DNA of 64,000 bases from Gallionellales bacterium RIFCSPLOWO2_02_FULL_59_110 (GTDB lineage Bacteria > Pseudomonadota > Gammaproteobacteria > Burkholderiales > Gallionellaceae): positions 15,680-79,679 of the forward strand of contig MGXA01000067.1 in the NCBI GenBank assembly GCA_001801215.1, given 5' to 3'. This document shows positions 28,133 through 38,006 of the stretch, piece after piece; the stretch's first letter is position 1; each line of letters starts with the position of its first letter. The position numbers and the translations under genes are program-made. The notes under the pieces were generated by a model. It saw only the letters and a program-made list of their open reading frames with translations, ran no database searches and was not told where the DNA came from.

Positions 28133-29000
28133 CCGGAATCAGAACCATCTTCTTGCCGCCCTGCCCAAGGCCGAACTGGAGCGCCTGTCCCCCCATCTGG
28201 AACCGGTAGCCATGCCGCTCGGCGAGGTGCTGTACGAACCCGGTGGCCGGTTACAGCACGTCTACTTTCCCGTAACCTCGATCATATCCATGCACTACGT
28301 CATGGAAAACGGCGCATCGTCGGAAATCGCCGGTGTGGGCAATGAGGGCATGCTCGGCATTTCGTTGTTCATGGGCGGCAATACCACACCCAGCCGCGCC
28401 TTCGTGCGCACGGACGGCTACGGTTACAAGCTGAAAGCGCGGCTGCTGATGGAGGAATTCGACCGCGCCGGGCCGCTGCAACGTTTGCTGCTGCGCTATG
28501 CCCAGGCGCTGATTACGCAGACGGCGCAGACGGCGGTATGCAACCGGCATCATTCGTTGATGCAGCAACTGTGCCGCTGGCTGCTTCTGACCCTGGATCG
28601 CGCGCCCTCGAACGAATTGGTCATAACACATGAACTGGTCGCCAGCTTGCTCGGCGTCCGCCGCGAAAGCATCACAGAAAGCGCCGGGAAATTGCAGCAG
28701 GCCGGTTTCATCCACATCCGCCGTGGCCATATCACGGTGCTTGACCGCTCCGGCCTGGAGGATCACGCCTGCGAATGCTATGGCGTGGTCAGGGCGGAAC
28801 TCGAACGTTTGCTCAAACGGGACCTGAAGCCGGTTTCTGCGTCAATTACAGGTGCAGAAAGAGGTGCCGTGGCGCGGCTCGGAAAAAATTCAGACGCCTG
28901 CGACCAGCATGATGGCAGCCCAGACGGCGCTAAAATTTATGAAAGTAGATTATCATATCAAGCATGGAGAAGGCAGGCGGCAGCGGCGGCAATAAATTAA
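28116..29000 (+). CDS. Crp/Fnr family transcriptional regulator
   Basis: QNHLLAALP, cNMP-fold VGNEG, QTAVCNRHH, HTH THELVASLLGVRRESITE, CECY; overlaps the sigma gene by 17 nt. Confidence 0.92.
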   Translation: MAFMHNRNQNHLLAALPKAELERLSPHLEPVAMPLGEVLYEPGGRLQHVYFPVTSIISMHYVMENGASSEIAGVGNEGMLGISLFMGGNTTPSRAFVRTDGYGYKLKARLLMEEFDRAGPLQRLLLRYAQALITQTAQTAVCNRHHSLMQQLCRWLLLTLDRAPSNELVITHELVASLLGVRRESITESAGKLQQAGFIHIRRGHITVLDRSGLEDHACECYGVVRAELERLLKRDLKPVSASITGAERGAVARLGKNSDACDQHDGSPDGAKIYESRLSYQAWRRQAAAAAIN

Positions 29001-32000
29001 TACCAGCATTCTTTGCGCCCGCCGTGGCGCTGATGGGCCGCCTGGGTATCGCCAGAAAATTCGCGCTGCTCGGCCTGATGTCGCTGGCCGCGATGGCGGT
29101 TGTCACGTACAGCCTGTTCGCCAGCTTGGATCAGGTCATCAGCTTCTCGCAACGCGAGTTGAAGGGCTTCGAACTGATCGGGCCTATCCCCCGGGTCGTG
29201 CAGACCATGCAGCAACATCGCGGCCTTTCTGCCGGTTTTCTCGGCGGCGACAAGGCCATGGACGCCGACCGCAACATGATGGAAAAAACCGTAACCGGGG
29301 CGCTCCGGGCGATGGAGGCAGGGCTGCCTCCGGACCTGGCGTCGGGCGAGGCTCTGCGGCGCATCAAGGATGACTGGGCGCGCCTGCGCGAGGAAAGACT
29401 TGGCTTGACGGTGGCGGAGAGCTTTGCCGCGCATACCGGCCTGATTGATCGCGTGCAGTCGTTCGAGGTGATGATCGCCGATGAATATGCGCTGATTCTG
29501 GATCCCGAGATCAACACGTATTACCTGATCGACACCATCGTCAACAAGCTGCCGCACGTGATCGAACATCTCGGCCAGTTGCGCGCATTCGGCACCGGCA
29601 TTCTGGCCGGAAAACATGCCTCCCCGCAGCAACAGGCCGAGATCAGTGCCCTGATGGCGAAACTCGACGATGCGATCGCCGACCTCAATGTCAATCTTGA
29701 CAAGGCAACGCACCACAATCCGGCGTTGCGGCACAGGATTTCGGGCGCATCCGGGGATTTTGCCAACGCGGCGCAGCAGGTGGCCGGCCTTGTGGTGTCT
29801 GACATCTTCGGCGGACGTTTTGCCACCCCTCCCGCCGATTTCTTCAAGCTGTTCACCGCGGTGATCGACAAGGGCTATACGCAGTTGCATGAAGCGCTGC
29901 TGCCGGCAGCCGAATCGCTCCTCAAGGCGCGCATCCGGCGGGCGCAAAGTACGCTGTACTCCAGCATCGGCATCGCCATCCTGTTATTCCTCCTTGTGGC
30001 CTATTTTGCCGCCGGCATCAGCCGCAAGGTGGTCGGCAATATCCGCCAGCTGGTGCGCTCGGCGCAGGTCGTTGCCGACGGCAAACTGGACGAGCGGGTC
30101 TATTTCGAGACGAACGACGAGCTCGACCGGATAGGCAACAGCTTCAACCAGATGGCTTTCGGGTTCGGCCTTTTGCTGGAAGCCTCGCGCAAAAATGAAG
30201 CGCGCCTGCAAGATATGTCGGCACATCTCGAAGAACGGGTGAACGAGCGCACCGCCGAACTGGAACGTGCACAACATGCAACCCAGTCCTTGCTGAGCCG
30301 CTACCAGGCACTGATGCATACTTCCATGGACGGCATCCACATCATGGACATGCGCGGCAATCTCGTGGATGCGAACGACGCCTTTTGCAGGATGCTGGGC
30401 TATACGCACGAAGAAGCGGCGCAACTGAAAGTGACCGATTGGAACGCGCAATGGACGGAAGAGGAAGTCCTCAAACAGTTCGACGAGCTGGCCGGCACGA
30501 GCGCCATGTTCGAGACCCTGCACCGACGCAAAGACGGCGCGCTGATCGATGTCGAAATCAGCGCATCAGGCGTGGAGATCGAAGGGCAGCGTTTCGTTAT
30601 CGCATCGAGCCGCGACATCACCCTGCGCAAGCAGGCCGAAGCGGCGCTGAAGCGGCACAAGGTGGTGATCGACACCGCCATAGACGGTTTCTGGATGACC
30701 GACATGCAGGGTTATCTGCTGGAGGCCAACGAGGCCTACGCAAGAATGTCCGGCTATGCGGTCGGCGAACTGGTCGGGATGCACATCAGCCAGCTGGAGG
30801 CGCTGGAGCAGTCGCAGGACGTTCGGGCGCATATCGAAAAAATCATGGCGCAGGGCCACGACCGCTTCGAGACGCGCCACCGCCGCAAGGATGGGCAGGA
30901 GATCGATATCGAGATTTCCGTGACCCACATGCCGGAGTTGCGGCAACTGTTCGTTTTTTGCCGCGACATCACCGAACGCAAGCGGGCCGAGGAAGAAATC
31001 CACAATCTGGCGTTCTACGACGTGTTGACCAAACTGCCCAACCGCCGCCTGTTCCTCGACCGCTTCGGCGCGGCGTTGATCGCTTCGGTGCGGCACAACA
31101 ATTTTGGCGCGGTGCTGTTCATCGACCTGGACCGTTTCAAGCTGCTCAACGACACGCTCGGGCACGACTACGGCGATCTGCTGTTGATCGAGGTGGCGGC
31201 GCGCATCAAGTCCTGCGTGCGCGAAATGGACACAGTGGCAAGGCTGGGCGGGGACGAATTCGTCGTGCTGATCGAGGGCGTCAGCGACGACCAGGAAGAG
31301 GCTTCTTACAAAGTCGGCCTGGTGGCCGAAAAAATCCGCGAAACGCTGGCGCGCCCCTACCGGCTCAACGAACATGAACACCTGAGCTCGCCCAGCATCG
31401 GCGTCAGCCTGTATCGCGGTAATGAAGAAACGGTAGATGAGTTGCTCCAACATGCCGACATGGCGATGTACCAGGCCAAGGATGCCGGGCGCAACGCGGT
31501 ACGCTTCTTCGATCCGGTCATGCAGAATAACGTGGCGGAACGCGCCACCCTGGTGAGCGATCTGCGCGGCGCCATCGCCCAGCGGCAGTTGCATCTGCAC
31601 TACCAGTTGCAGGTGGATAACGACAACCGCCCGGTAGGCGCCGAGGCGCTGCTGCGCTGGATGCATCCGCAGCGCGGTGTCGTCATGCCGGAGCAATTCC
31701 TGCCGGTCGCGGAGGAGAGCGCGCTGATTCTCGATATCGGCGACTGGGTGCTGGAACAGGCCTGCCGCCAGCTTGCCCTGTGGGGCGAAAACGAAAAAAT
31801 GCGCGAACTGGTGCTGACCGTCAACGTCAGCGCCCGGCAATTCGCCTTGCCGGATTTCGCGGACAAGATAGCCGGCGCCCTGCGGGCGCACCGGATCGAA
31901 CCGGCACGCCTGAAACTGGAGCTGACCGAAAGCATGGCCATCGACGACCTGGCTGGCGCAATAGAGAAGATGCACGCATTGAAAGCGCTTGGCATCAGCC

Positions 32001-32302
32001 TGTCGATGGACGATTTAGGCACCCGCTATGCGTCGCTATCCAGCCTGAAGCTGCTGCCGCTCGACCAGATCAAGCTCGGCAGGAACTTTGTGCGGGATGT
32101 AGCGAACGACGGCAATGTCGCGCTGCTGGTGCAAAGCATCATCGACATGTCGGGCAGACACCACATCACCGTGATCGCCGAGGGCGTTGAGAACGAGGCG
32201 CAACTGGCCAGCCTCAAGGATCGCGACTGCGTGGCCTACCAGGGCTTCCTGTTCAGCAAGGCCGTGCCGGTCGAAGAGTTCGAGAAGCTGCTGGGATTGT
32301 AG
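28964..32302 (+). CDS. Membrane sensor HAMP-PAS-PAS-GGDEF-EAL c-di-GMP enzyme
   Basis: 2 TMs around a helical sensor (QQHRGLS, NIT-like), HAMP, two PAS, RLGGDEF, AEALLRW, AEGVE; exact start uncertain. Confidence 0.88.
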   Translation: MEKAGGSGGNKLIPAFFAPAVALMGRLGIARKFALLGLMSLAAMAVVTYSLFASLDQVISFSQRELKGFELIGPIPRVVQTMQQHRGLSAGFLGGDKAMDADRNMMEKTVTGALRAMEAGLPPDLASGEALRRIKDDWARLREERLGLTVAESFAAHTGLIDRVQSFEVMIADEYALILDPEINTYYLIDTIVNKLPHVIEHLGQLRAFGTGILAGKHASPQQQAEISALMAKLDDAIADLNVNLDKATHHNPALRHRISGASGDFANAAQQVAGLVVSDIFGGRFATPPADFFKLFTAVIDKGYTQLHEALLPAAESLLKARIRRAQSTLYSSIGIAILLFLLVAYFAAGISRKVVGNIRQLVRSAQVVADGKLDERVYFETNDELDRIGNSFNQMAFGFGLLLEASRKNEARLQDMSAHLEERVNERTAELERAQHATQSLLSRYQALMHTSMDGIHIMDMRGNLVDANDAFCRMLGYTHEEAAQLKVTDWNAQWTEEEVLKQFDELAGTSAMFETLHRRKDGALIDVEISASGVEIEGQRFVIASSRDITLRKQAEAALKRHKVVIDTAIDGFWMTDMQGYLLEANEAYARMSGYAVGELVGMHISQLEALEQSQDVRAHIEKIMAQGHDRFETRHRRKDGQEIDIEISVTHMPELRQLFVFCRDITERKRAEEEIHNLAFYDVLTKLPNRRLFLDRFGAALIASVRHNNFGAVLFIDLDRFKLLNDTLGHDYGDLLLIEVAARIKSCVREMDTVARLGGDEFVVLIEGVSDDQEEASYKVGLVAEKIRETLARPYRLNEHEHLSSPSIGVSLYRGNEETVDELLQHADMAMYQAKDAGRNAVRFFDPVMQNNVAERATLVSDLRGAIAQRQLHLHYQLQVDNDNRPVGAEALLRWMHPQRGVVMPEQFLPVAEESALILDIGDWVLEQACRQLALWGENEKMRELVLTVNVSARQFALPDFADKIAGALRAHRIEPARLKLELTESMAIDDLAGAIEKMHALKALGISLSMDDLGTRYASLSSLKLLPLDQIKLGRNFVRDVANDGNVALLVQSIIDMSGRHHITVIAEGVENEAQLASLKDRDCVAYQGFLFSKAVPVEEFEKLLGL

Positions 32303-32341
32303 CGGCAGCGAGCGCCATCGGCGGAGGGCGCAGGTTCTCCG

Positions 32342-34312
32342 CTACCCCCCTGCCCATACCGCATTGAGCACCCGGTCGCGCTTGTCCTGCGGCACGCGCT
32401 GCATGAACGCGCAATCCTGCCGGTGGATGGTGATGCCGCGCTCGCGCGTGACGTAGCCGATGATGGCATGCGGTTTTTCCGGTTTGCAGCACTTCGCCAT
32501 TTTGATCATCAGGTTATCCACGCCTTCGATCAGCACTCCGGTCGATGAGGTGCGCTGTGCGGCAGGTTTGTGGGAAACGGGCCGGGGGATGGCGGCCGGT
32601 TTCGCGGGGACTTCCTGCTGGATGGCGAGGCCGGCGCGGCGCGAAGTGATTTCGCCGCGCCCGAGGGCGGCAAGCAACTCTTCGAGCTTGTGGAAATGCA
32701 GGCGCTGCGCGACCTTTTCCTGATTGACCGAGGTCACGCCGAGGCGCTGCAACTCGCGGTCGAGCAATAGCCTGCCCTGCGCGATGCTGTCGTCCAAATT
32801 CTGCGTCTTGAACCAGTGCCGCACCTTGGCGCGCGCACGTGGGCTTTTGAGATAGCCTTGCTGCGGCGAAAGCCAGTCACGGCTTGGCGCGCCCTGCTTT
32901 GCGGTGAGGATTTCCACGCGCTGACCGTTCTGCAATTTGTATTTGAGCGGCACGATGTTGCCGTCCACCTTGGCGCCGCGCGTGCGGTGGCCGAGATCGG
33001 TGTGCAGGCTGTAGGCGAAATCCACCGGCGTCGCGCCCTTGGGCAGATCCATGACCTTGCCCTGCGGCGTGAACACGTAGACGCGGTCCTGCAACAACTC
33101 GTTCCTGAATTGCTCCTGCAAATTTCCGCTGTCGGCCAGTTCCGCTTTCCACGCGAGTATCTGGCGTAGCCAGGCAAGCTTGTCGTCGAACACGGCGTCG
33201 GACTTCTTGTTTTCCTTGTAGCGCCAGTGCGCGGCGACGCCGAGTTCGGAATCGTGGTGCATATCGTGGGTGCGTATCTGCACTTCCAGCGCCAGCTGGC
33301 GCGGCCCGCTCACGGCAGTGTGCAGCGAACGGTAACCGTTGCCCTTGGGGTTGGCGATGTAATCGTCGAACTCGCCGGCGATGGGCGACCACAGCTCGTG
33401 CGCCACGGACAGCGCCGCGTAACAGTTCTGGACGCTGCTCACGAGAATGCGCACGGCGCGCACATCGTACACTTCGCCGAACTCGACGCGCTTGCGCTTC
33501 ATCTTGTTGATGATGCTGTGGATGTGCTTGGGGCGGCCGGTTACCTCGGCAGGGATACCGGCAGCGTCCAGCTTTTGTTTGAGTTGCGCGATCACCTCTT
33601 CGATGTAGCGCTCCCGGTCCATGCGGCGCTCGTCGAGCAGCCCTGCCACTTTCTTGTACAGCGCCGGTTCCAGATAGCGCAGCGACAGGTCTTCCAGTTC
33701 CCACTTGATCTGCCACACGCCGAGCCGGTTCGCCAGCGGGGCGAAAATGCTTTGCGTCTCCCGCGCGATCTGCTTCTGCTGCTCCGTGCTCGCGCCGGAC
33801 AGGTTGCGCAGGGTCTGGGTGCGCTCGGCGAGCTTGATCAGGACGACGCGGATGTCTTCCACCATCGCCAGCAGCATCTTGCGCAGGCTCTCGATCTGCT
33901 GCGCGGCCTCGTCCTTGTCTTGCGTGCCGCGCATCTCGCTGAACAAACGTATCCGCTCCACGCGCGAGATGCCTTCTACCAGCGCCGTCACGTTGCGGCC
34001 GAAACGCCCGCCCAGCGCCTCTGCCCAGCCCTCCAGATAATCCGGCACGGCATGCAGCACGGTGGCCGCAACGGTTTCGTGATCCAGGTGCATGCCGATC
34101 AGGATGGATGCCGCACCGAGCGCGTGCCGCAGCAACGGCGTGCCGGTGGCTTCGGCCTGCCCGTGATAGAGCGGCGCGGCGAATTCGCACGCCGCGCGGA
34201 TCAGCGCAATCTCGGCGGGCGGATAAACGGCGGATAGCGCAGCCAGCCATTGCTGGATGTCCGCGCTGTCCTCGCCCGCGAGCGGCGGAAAGTCATGCTG
34301 AATGGAAACCAT
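32342..34312 (-). CDS. relA: RelA-type (p)ppGpp synthetase lacking the ACT domain
   Basis: Degenerate HD (LHAVPD), synthetase EFDDYIANPKGNGYRSLH, LEVQIRT, TGS (VFTPQG), CCKP zinc finger, then stop. Confidence 0.88.
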   Translation of the reverse strand: MVSIQHDFPPLAGEDSADIQQWLAALSAVYPPAEIALIRAACEFAAPLYHGQAEATGTPLLRHALGAASILIGMHLDHETVAATVLHAVPDYLEGWAEALGGRFGRNVTALVEGISRVERIRLFSEMRGTQDKDEAAQQIESLRKMLLAMVEDIRVVLIKLAERTQTLRNLSGASTEQQKQIARETQSIFAPLANRLGVWQIKWELEDLSLRYLEPALYKKVAGLLDERRMDRERYIEEVIAQLKQKLDAAGIPAEVTGRPKHIHSIINKMKRKRVEFGEVYDVRAVRILVSSVQNCYAALSVAHELWSPIAGEFDDYIANPKGNGYRSLHTAVSGPRQLALEVQIRTHDMHHDSELGVAAHWRYKENKKSDAVFDDKLAWLRQILAWKAELADSGNLQEQFRNELLQDRVYVFTPQGKVMDLPKGATPVDFAYSLHTDLGHRTRGAKVDGNIVPLKYKLQNGQRVEILTAKQGAPSRDWLSPQQGYLKSPRARAKVRHWFKTQNLDDSIAQGRLLLDRELQRLGVTSVNQEKVAQRLHFHKLEELLAALGRGEITSRRAGLAIQQEVPAKPAAIPRPVSHKPAAQRTSSTGVLIEGVDNLMIKMAKCCKPEKPHAIIGYVTRERGITIHRQDCAFMQRVPQDKRDRVLNAVWAGG

Positions 34313-34403
34313 GCGCTAGCCCGGTTAGAGAATCCTGATACGCAGGTTACACGGATTCGGCGTCTCCTGCCAAAGCCGGTGGGTGTTTATGTGCGATACC
34401 GTT

Positions 34404-35860
34404 TCAGGAAATCTTGCCGATCTTCACGCGCCATTCCGCCGGGCCGGTCTCGTGCACCGAGGCGCCCTTGCTGTCCACCGCCACGGTGACCGGCATGTCC
34501 TGCACGGTGAATTCGTAGATCGCCTCCATGCCCAGCTCGGCGAAGGCCAACACCTTCGAGGCCTTGATCGCCTTGGACACGAGGTAGGCCGCTCCGCCGA
34601 CGGCCATCAGGTACACGGCCTTGTGTTTCTTGATCGCCTCGATCGCTTCCGGGCCACGCTCGGATTTGCCCACCATGCCGATCAGGCCGGTCTGCGCCAG
34701 CATGGTCTCGGTGAACTTGTCCATGCGCGTCGCGGTGGTGGGGCCGGCGGGGCCGACCACTTCGTCGCGCACCGGGTCCACCGGGCCGACGTAGTAGATG
34801 AAGCGATGCGCTTGTGCGCGGCATCGCGCCCGGTGAGCAGCTTGCCGTTCAGCAGCAGCGTCTCGCCCGGCTTCCAGCTCGCCAGTTCCTCGCGCGTGAC
34901 AGTGTCGAGGTTGACGCGGCGCGATTCGGCGGAAGCCTTCCATTCGATCTTCGGCCAGTCGTCGAGCGAGGGCGGCGTCAATACCGCCGGGCCGTTGCCG
35001 TCGAGCGTGAAGTGGATATGGCGCGTTGCGGCGCAGTTCGGGATCATCGCCACCGGCAGGCTCGCGGCGTGCGTCGGGTAGTCCTTGATTTTCACGTCCA
35101 CCACCGTGGTGAGGCCGCCCAGCCCCTGCGCGCCGATGCCCAGCGCGTTGACCTTCTCGAACAGCTCCAGGCGCAATTCCTCGACGCGATTTTTCGCACC
35201 GCGCGCTTGCAGTACCTGGATGTCCACCGGCTCCATCAGCGCCTCCTTGGCAAGCAGCATCGCCTTCTCCGCCGTGCCGCCGATGCCGATGCCGAGGATG
35301 CCCGGCGGGCACCAGCCCGCGCCCATCTCAGGCACGGTCTCCAGCACCCAGTCCACGATGCTGTCGGAAGGATTGAGCGCGGCGAACTTGGACTTGTTCT
35401 CCGAGCCGCCGCCCTTCGCCGCGAGGATCACCTCGACCTCGCCGCCCGCGACGATCTCGTAATTGATCACGGCGGGCGTGTTGTCGCGCGTATTCTTGCG
35501 CGCGCCGGCCGGATCGGCCAGCACCGAGGCGCGCAGCATGTTGTCCGGGTTCAGGTAGGCGCGGCGCACGCCTTCGTTAACCATGTCGGCAACGCTCATC
35601 TTCGCATCCCAGCGCACGTCCATGCCCACCTTGACGAAGGCCGTCACGATGCCGGTGTCCTGGCAGATCGGGCGGTGCCCCTGCGCGCTCATGCGCGAGT
35701 TGGTGAGAATCTGCGCGATGGCGTCACGCGCGGCAGGCGACTGCTCGCGCTCGTAGGCCTTGCCCAGCGCCTGGATGTAATCGAGCGGATGGTAATAGGA
35801 AATGTATTGCAATGCGTCGGCGACGCTGGCGATGAGGTCTTCCTGGCGGATAGTTGTCAT
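34404..35860 (-). pseudogene. Class I (Fe-S) fumarate hydratase with internal frameshifting deletion
   Basis: RPICQDTG and GCPPG in frame 1 up to GRDAAHKRIA; RFIYYVGPVDP...TTATRMDK...GKSERG in frame 2; junction near 34803. Confidence 0.8.
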
Positions 35861-36011
35861 GTGATTGGATTATGGATTGATAGGAGTGTAAGAATTCAAG
35901 GGGGTGATTTTAACGGAACAGCAGTTTCATTCAAGCTAAAGTACGAACGTGTTTTTGATTTAACCAGTTTTTGATTTAACCATAGCCAACCAGCAAGCTT
36001 TGCGCTAAACT

Positions 36012-36028
36012 CTGGCCAGACTGGACAG
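36012..36028. promoter_or_regulatory. Candidate TA operator: two adjacent 8-bp palindromes
   Basis: CTGGCCAG-a-CTGGACAG 17 bp upstream of the antitoxin ATG. Confidence 0.5.
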
Positions 36029-36045
36029 AATTAACGGGGGCTATC

Positions 36046-36297
36046 ATGCGCAGCGAATGGCAACTGCAAGAAGCGAAGGGCAACTTCAGCCAACTTATCA
36101 AGCGGGCTGCGGGTGGCGATGCCCAAACGGTCACCGTGCATGGCAAGCCCACGGCAGTGGTAGTTTCGGCGGAAGAATACATCCGGCTCACCCGCCACCG
36201 GACCAAGCTCTCCAGCGCGCTATTGCGTCCAGACCTCGCAGCAGAAGACTTGGATATTTCCCGTAGCCACGACACCGGGCGCGACATTGAGCTATGA
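36046..36297 (+). CDS. Phd/YefM family antitoxin
   Basis: WQLQEAKGNFSQLIKRA...VTVHGKPTAVVVSAEEY. Confidence 0.9.
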   Translation: MRSEWQLQEAKGNFSQLIKRAAGGDAQTVTVHGKPTAVVVSAEEYIRLTRHRTKLSSALLRPDLAAEDLDISRSHDTGRDIEL

Positions 36298-36716
36298 GCT
36301 GGCTGCTGGATACCTGCGCCCTTTCCGAATACGCCAAAAAATCTCCTGCGCCAAAAGTGATCGCATGGCTGGACGAACAGGACGAAGCCAGTCTGTTCAT
36401 CAGTGTCATCACCTTGGGCGAGATCGAAAAAGGCATCCTCAAACTGCGCAAAGCCGACCCGCGCCGCAGCCAGAAACTCACCGCATGGCTTGGCAAGGTG
36501 GAACAACGCTTCGCCGGGCGCATCCTGCCGCTCGATGCCGCCGCCCTCCACGTCTGGGCACAAATCGCCGCACATACCGAACTGTCCGGACTATCCATGC
36601 CGGTAATGGACGGCCTGCTCATGGCCACCGCCCAATGCCACGGCCTCACCGTGGTCACCCGCAATGTTCAGGATTTTGCACCGTACCCGCAAGTCTTCAA
36701 CCCTTGGGCGCTGTAA
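36294..36716 (+). CDS. vapC: VapC PIN-domain toxin
   Basis: WLLDTCALSE, ITLGEI, DGLLMATA, VVTRNVQDF; ATGA overlap with antitoxin. Confidence 0.9.
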   Translation: MSWLLDTCALSEYAKKSPAPKVIAWLDEQDEASLFISVITLGEIEKGILKLRKADPRRSQKLTAWLGKVEQRFAGRILPLDAAALHVWAQIAAHTELSGLSMPVMDGLLMATAQCHGLTVVTRNVQDFAPYPQVFNPWAL

Positions 36717-36865
36717 ACCTGCCGTATGGAATGCACCTTTGGAAATGCGTCTGAAGAAGGCGGCGTAATCTGCAAATATCCCGGAAATTTTTTAAGTCAA
36801 ACTATTTTCCGAAAACAAGCCCAATTGGGCCGTTTTAGCTCCCCACATTTATCCAAAGGCTCACG

Positions 36866-37360
36866 ATGTACCCAGTCCACGATGTTGATGCAATCCTGTT
36901 ACTAGCCATGTCGCTCGCTGCCAAGCGGCGTCCGGCAGAACTGGTCGAGATCATCGCTGCGGCCGATCTGGCCCAGGGCGCCATTCCTCCCGAAACGAAA
37001 TTATCCGATTCGTTTTACCGGCTCTCCGAATACGGCTTGATCTGCGCGCAGGATGGCGGCTACACGCTGACGCCCGATGCGCAGCAGATACTGTCCGGTC
37101 ATGCGAAAAAAGCCAAAACCCCGGAGCGCATCCACGATATTAAAGAGAACCTCGCCGATTTCCACCTCAATGGCGAACACGCGATCATCCTGCTGACGGT
37201 GGAACAAATCGCCGCAGCCATTGCCGCACATCAGGCCGGCAAAAGAATCATCGGCAAGAACCTGCTGATGCCCAAACCCAAACCGGTAGAGGACAGCAAA
37301 CGTCCGGGACAGCACAGACCTTTCAAGTCTTTCGCAACACGCCGGCGCAAGGAAAAATAA
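36866..37360 (+). CDS. Hypothetical protein (possible winged-helix)
   Basis: 164-aa ORF with host-like codon usage and basic C-terminus; family not recognised. Confidence 0.6.
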   Translation: MYPVHDVDAILLLAMSLAAKRRPAELVEIIAAADLAQGAIPPETKLSDSFYRLSEYGLICAQDGGYTLTPDAQQILSGHAKKAKTPERIHDIKENLADFHLNGEHAIILLTVEQIAAAIAAHQAGKRIIGKNLLMPKPKPVEDSKRPGQHRPFKSFATRRRKEK

Positions 37361-37390
37361 ACCTAAGCCGGACAAGCCGGAACCAAACGG

Positions 37391-37469
37391 GTAGCCCGGA
37401 TGGAGCAACGCGTAATCCGGGAATTCGGCGCTCCGGCCGTCCCGGATTCCACTGCGTTTTATCCGGGCT
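37391..37469. repeat. REP doublet, GTAGCCCGGATG family
   Basis: gtagcccggatggagcaacgcgtaatccggg ... cccggattccactgcgttttatccgggct. Confidence 0.78.
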
Positions 37470-37593
37470 TGCTGCGCTTATTGCACCCTACCGAGCTGTA
37501 AAAATGCCACGTTTCCACCCTCTCCCCAACTCCCCCTTGCAAGGGGGAGAGATATTTTGACTAATGGGTTATTTGGCTTTAAGCTGGGCGAAG

Positions 37594-37786
37594 CGTAACT
37601 ACTCGGGCGGAAGTAGCATGCTCGAAAATCGCCACAACGCCAGCCCCTTCCCATGAAAGGGGGAAGTTAAAATGGGGGGAGTGTGGAATCATCGCAAAGC
37701 ATTTTTCCACCCCGCCTTTCTACCCCCATCCCGGCCTGTCCCCTGCAATGGGGAAGGAGAAAAACGGCAGCACCTGAGTAGCTACG
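37594..37786. mobile_element. ~193-bp TIR-bounded miniature element
   Basis: cgtaactactcggg and cctgagtagctacg (12/14 inverted) enclosing ccccttccc..aaaggggg hairpins. Confidence 0.6.
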
Positions 37787-37805
37787 ATGAAACGTAATAT
37801 CCTGA

Positions 37806-37915
37806 GGGACGCGCTGATTTATTCGGTTTCGTCGTTCCCGCGAAGGCGGGAACCCAGTTAAGTAAAGGCACTGGATCCCCGCCTTCGCGGGGATGACGAA
37901 TAAATCAGCGCCTCC
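37806..37915. mobile_element. 110-bp MITE, copy 2
   Basis: Same sequence as 18798-18907; flanked by TGA/TGA. Confidence 0.88.
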
Positions 37916-38006
37916 TGAGACGTTCGGCCATAACCTGAGGTTGCTCCATGAGGCAGATGGAGCATGGAACTATCCTGCGGGAAACCACATAAATGATGCG
38001 ATGGCA

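Noticed and set aside
31960-32060. Degenerate EAL loop 6 (DDLGTRYAS instead of DDFGTGYSS)
   Set aside because: EAL, DD and EGVE residues are retained; the variation is too common to call inactivity.
37893-38006. N-terminal extension of the sensor kinase in the ORF track
   Set aside because: The ATG lies inside the 110-bp MITE; the real start is more likely 38001 or 38007.
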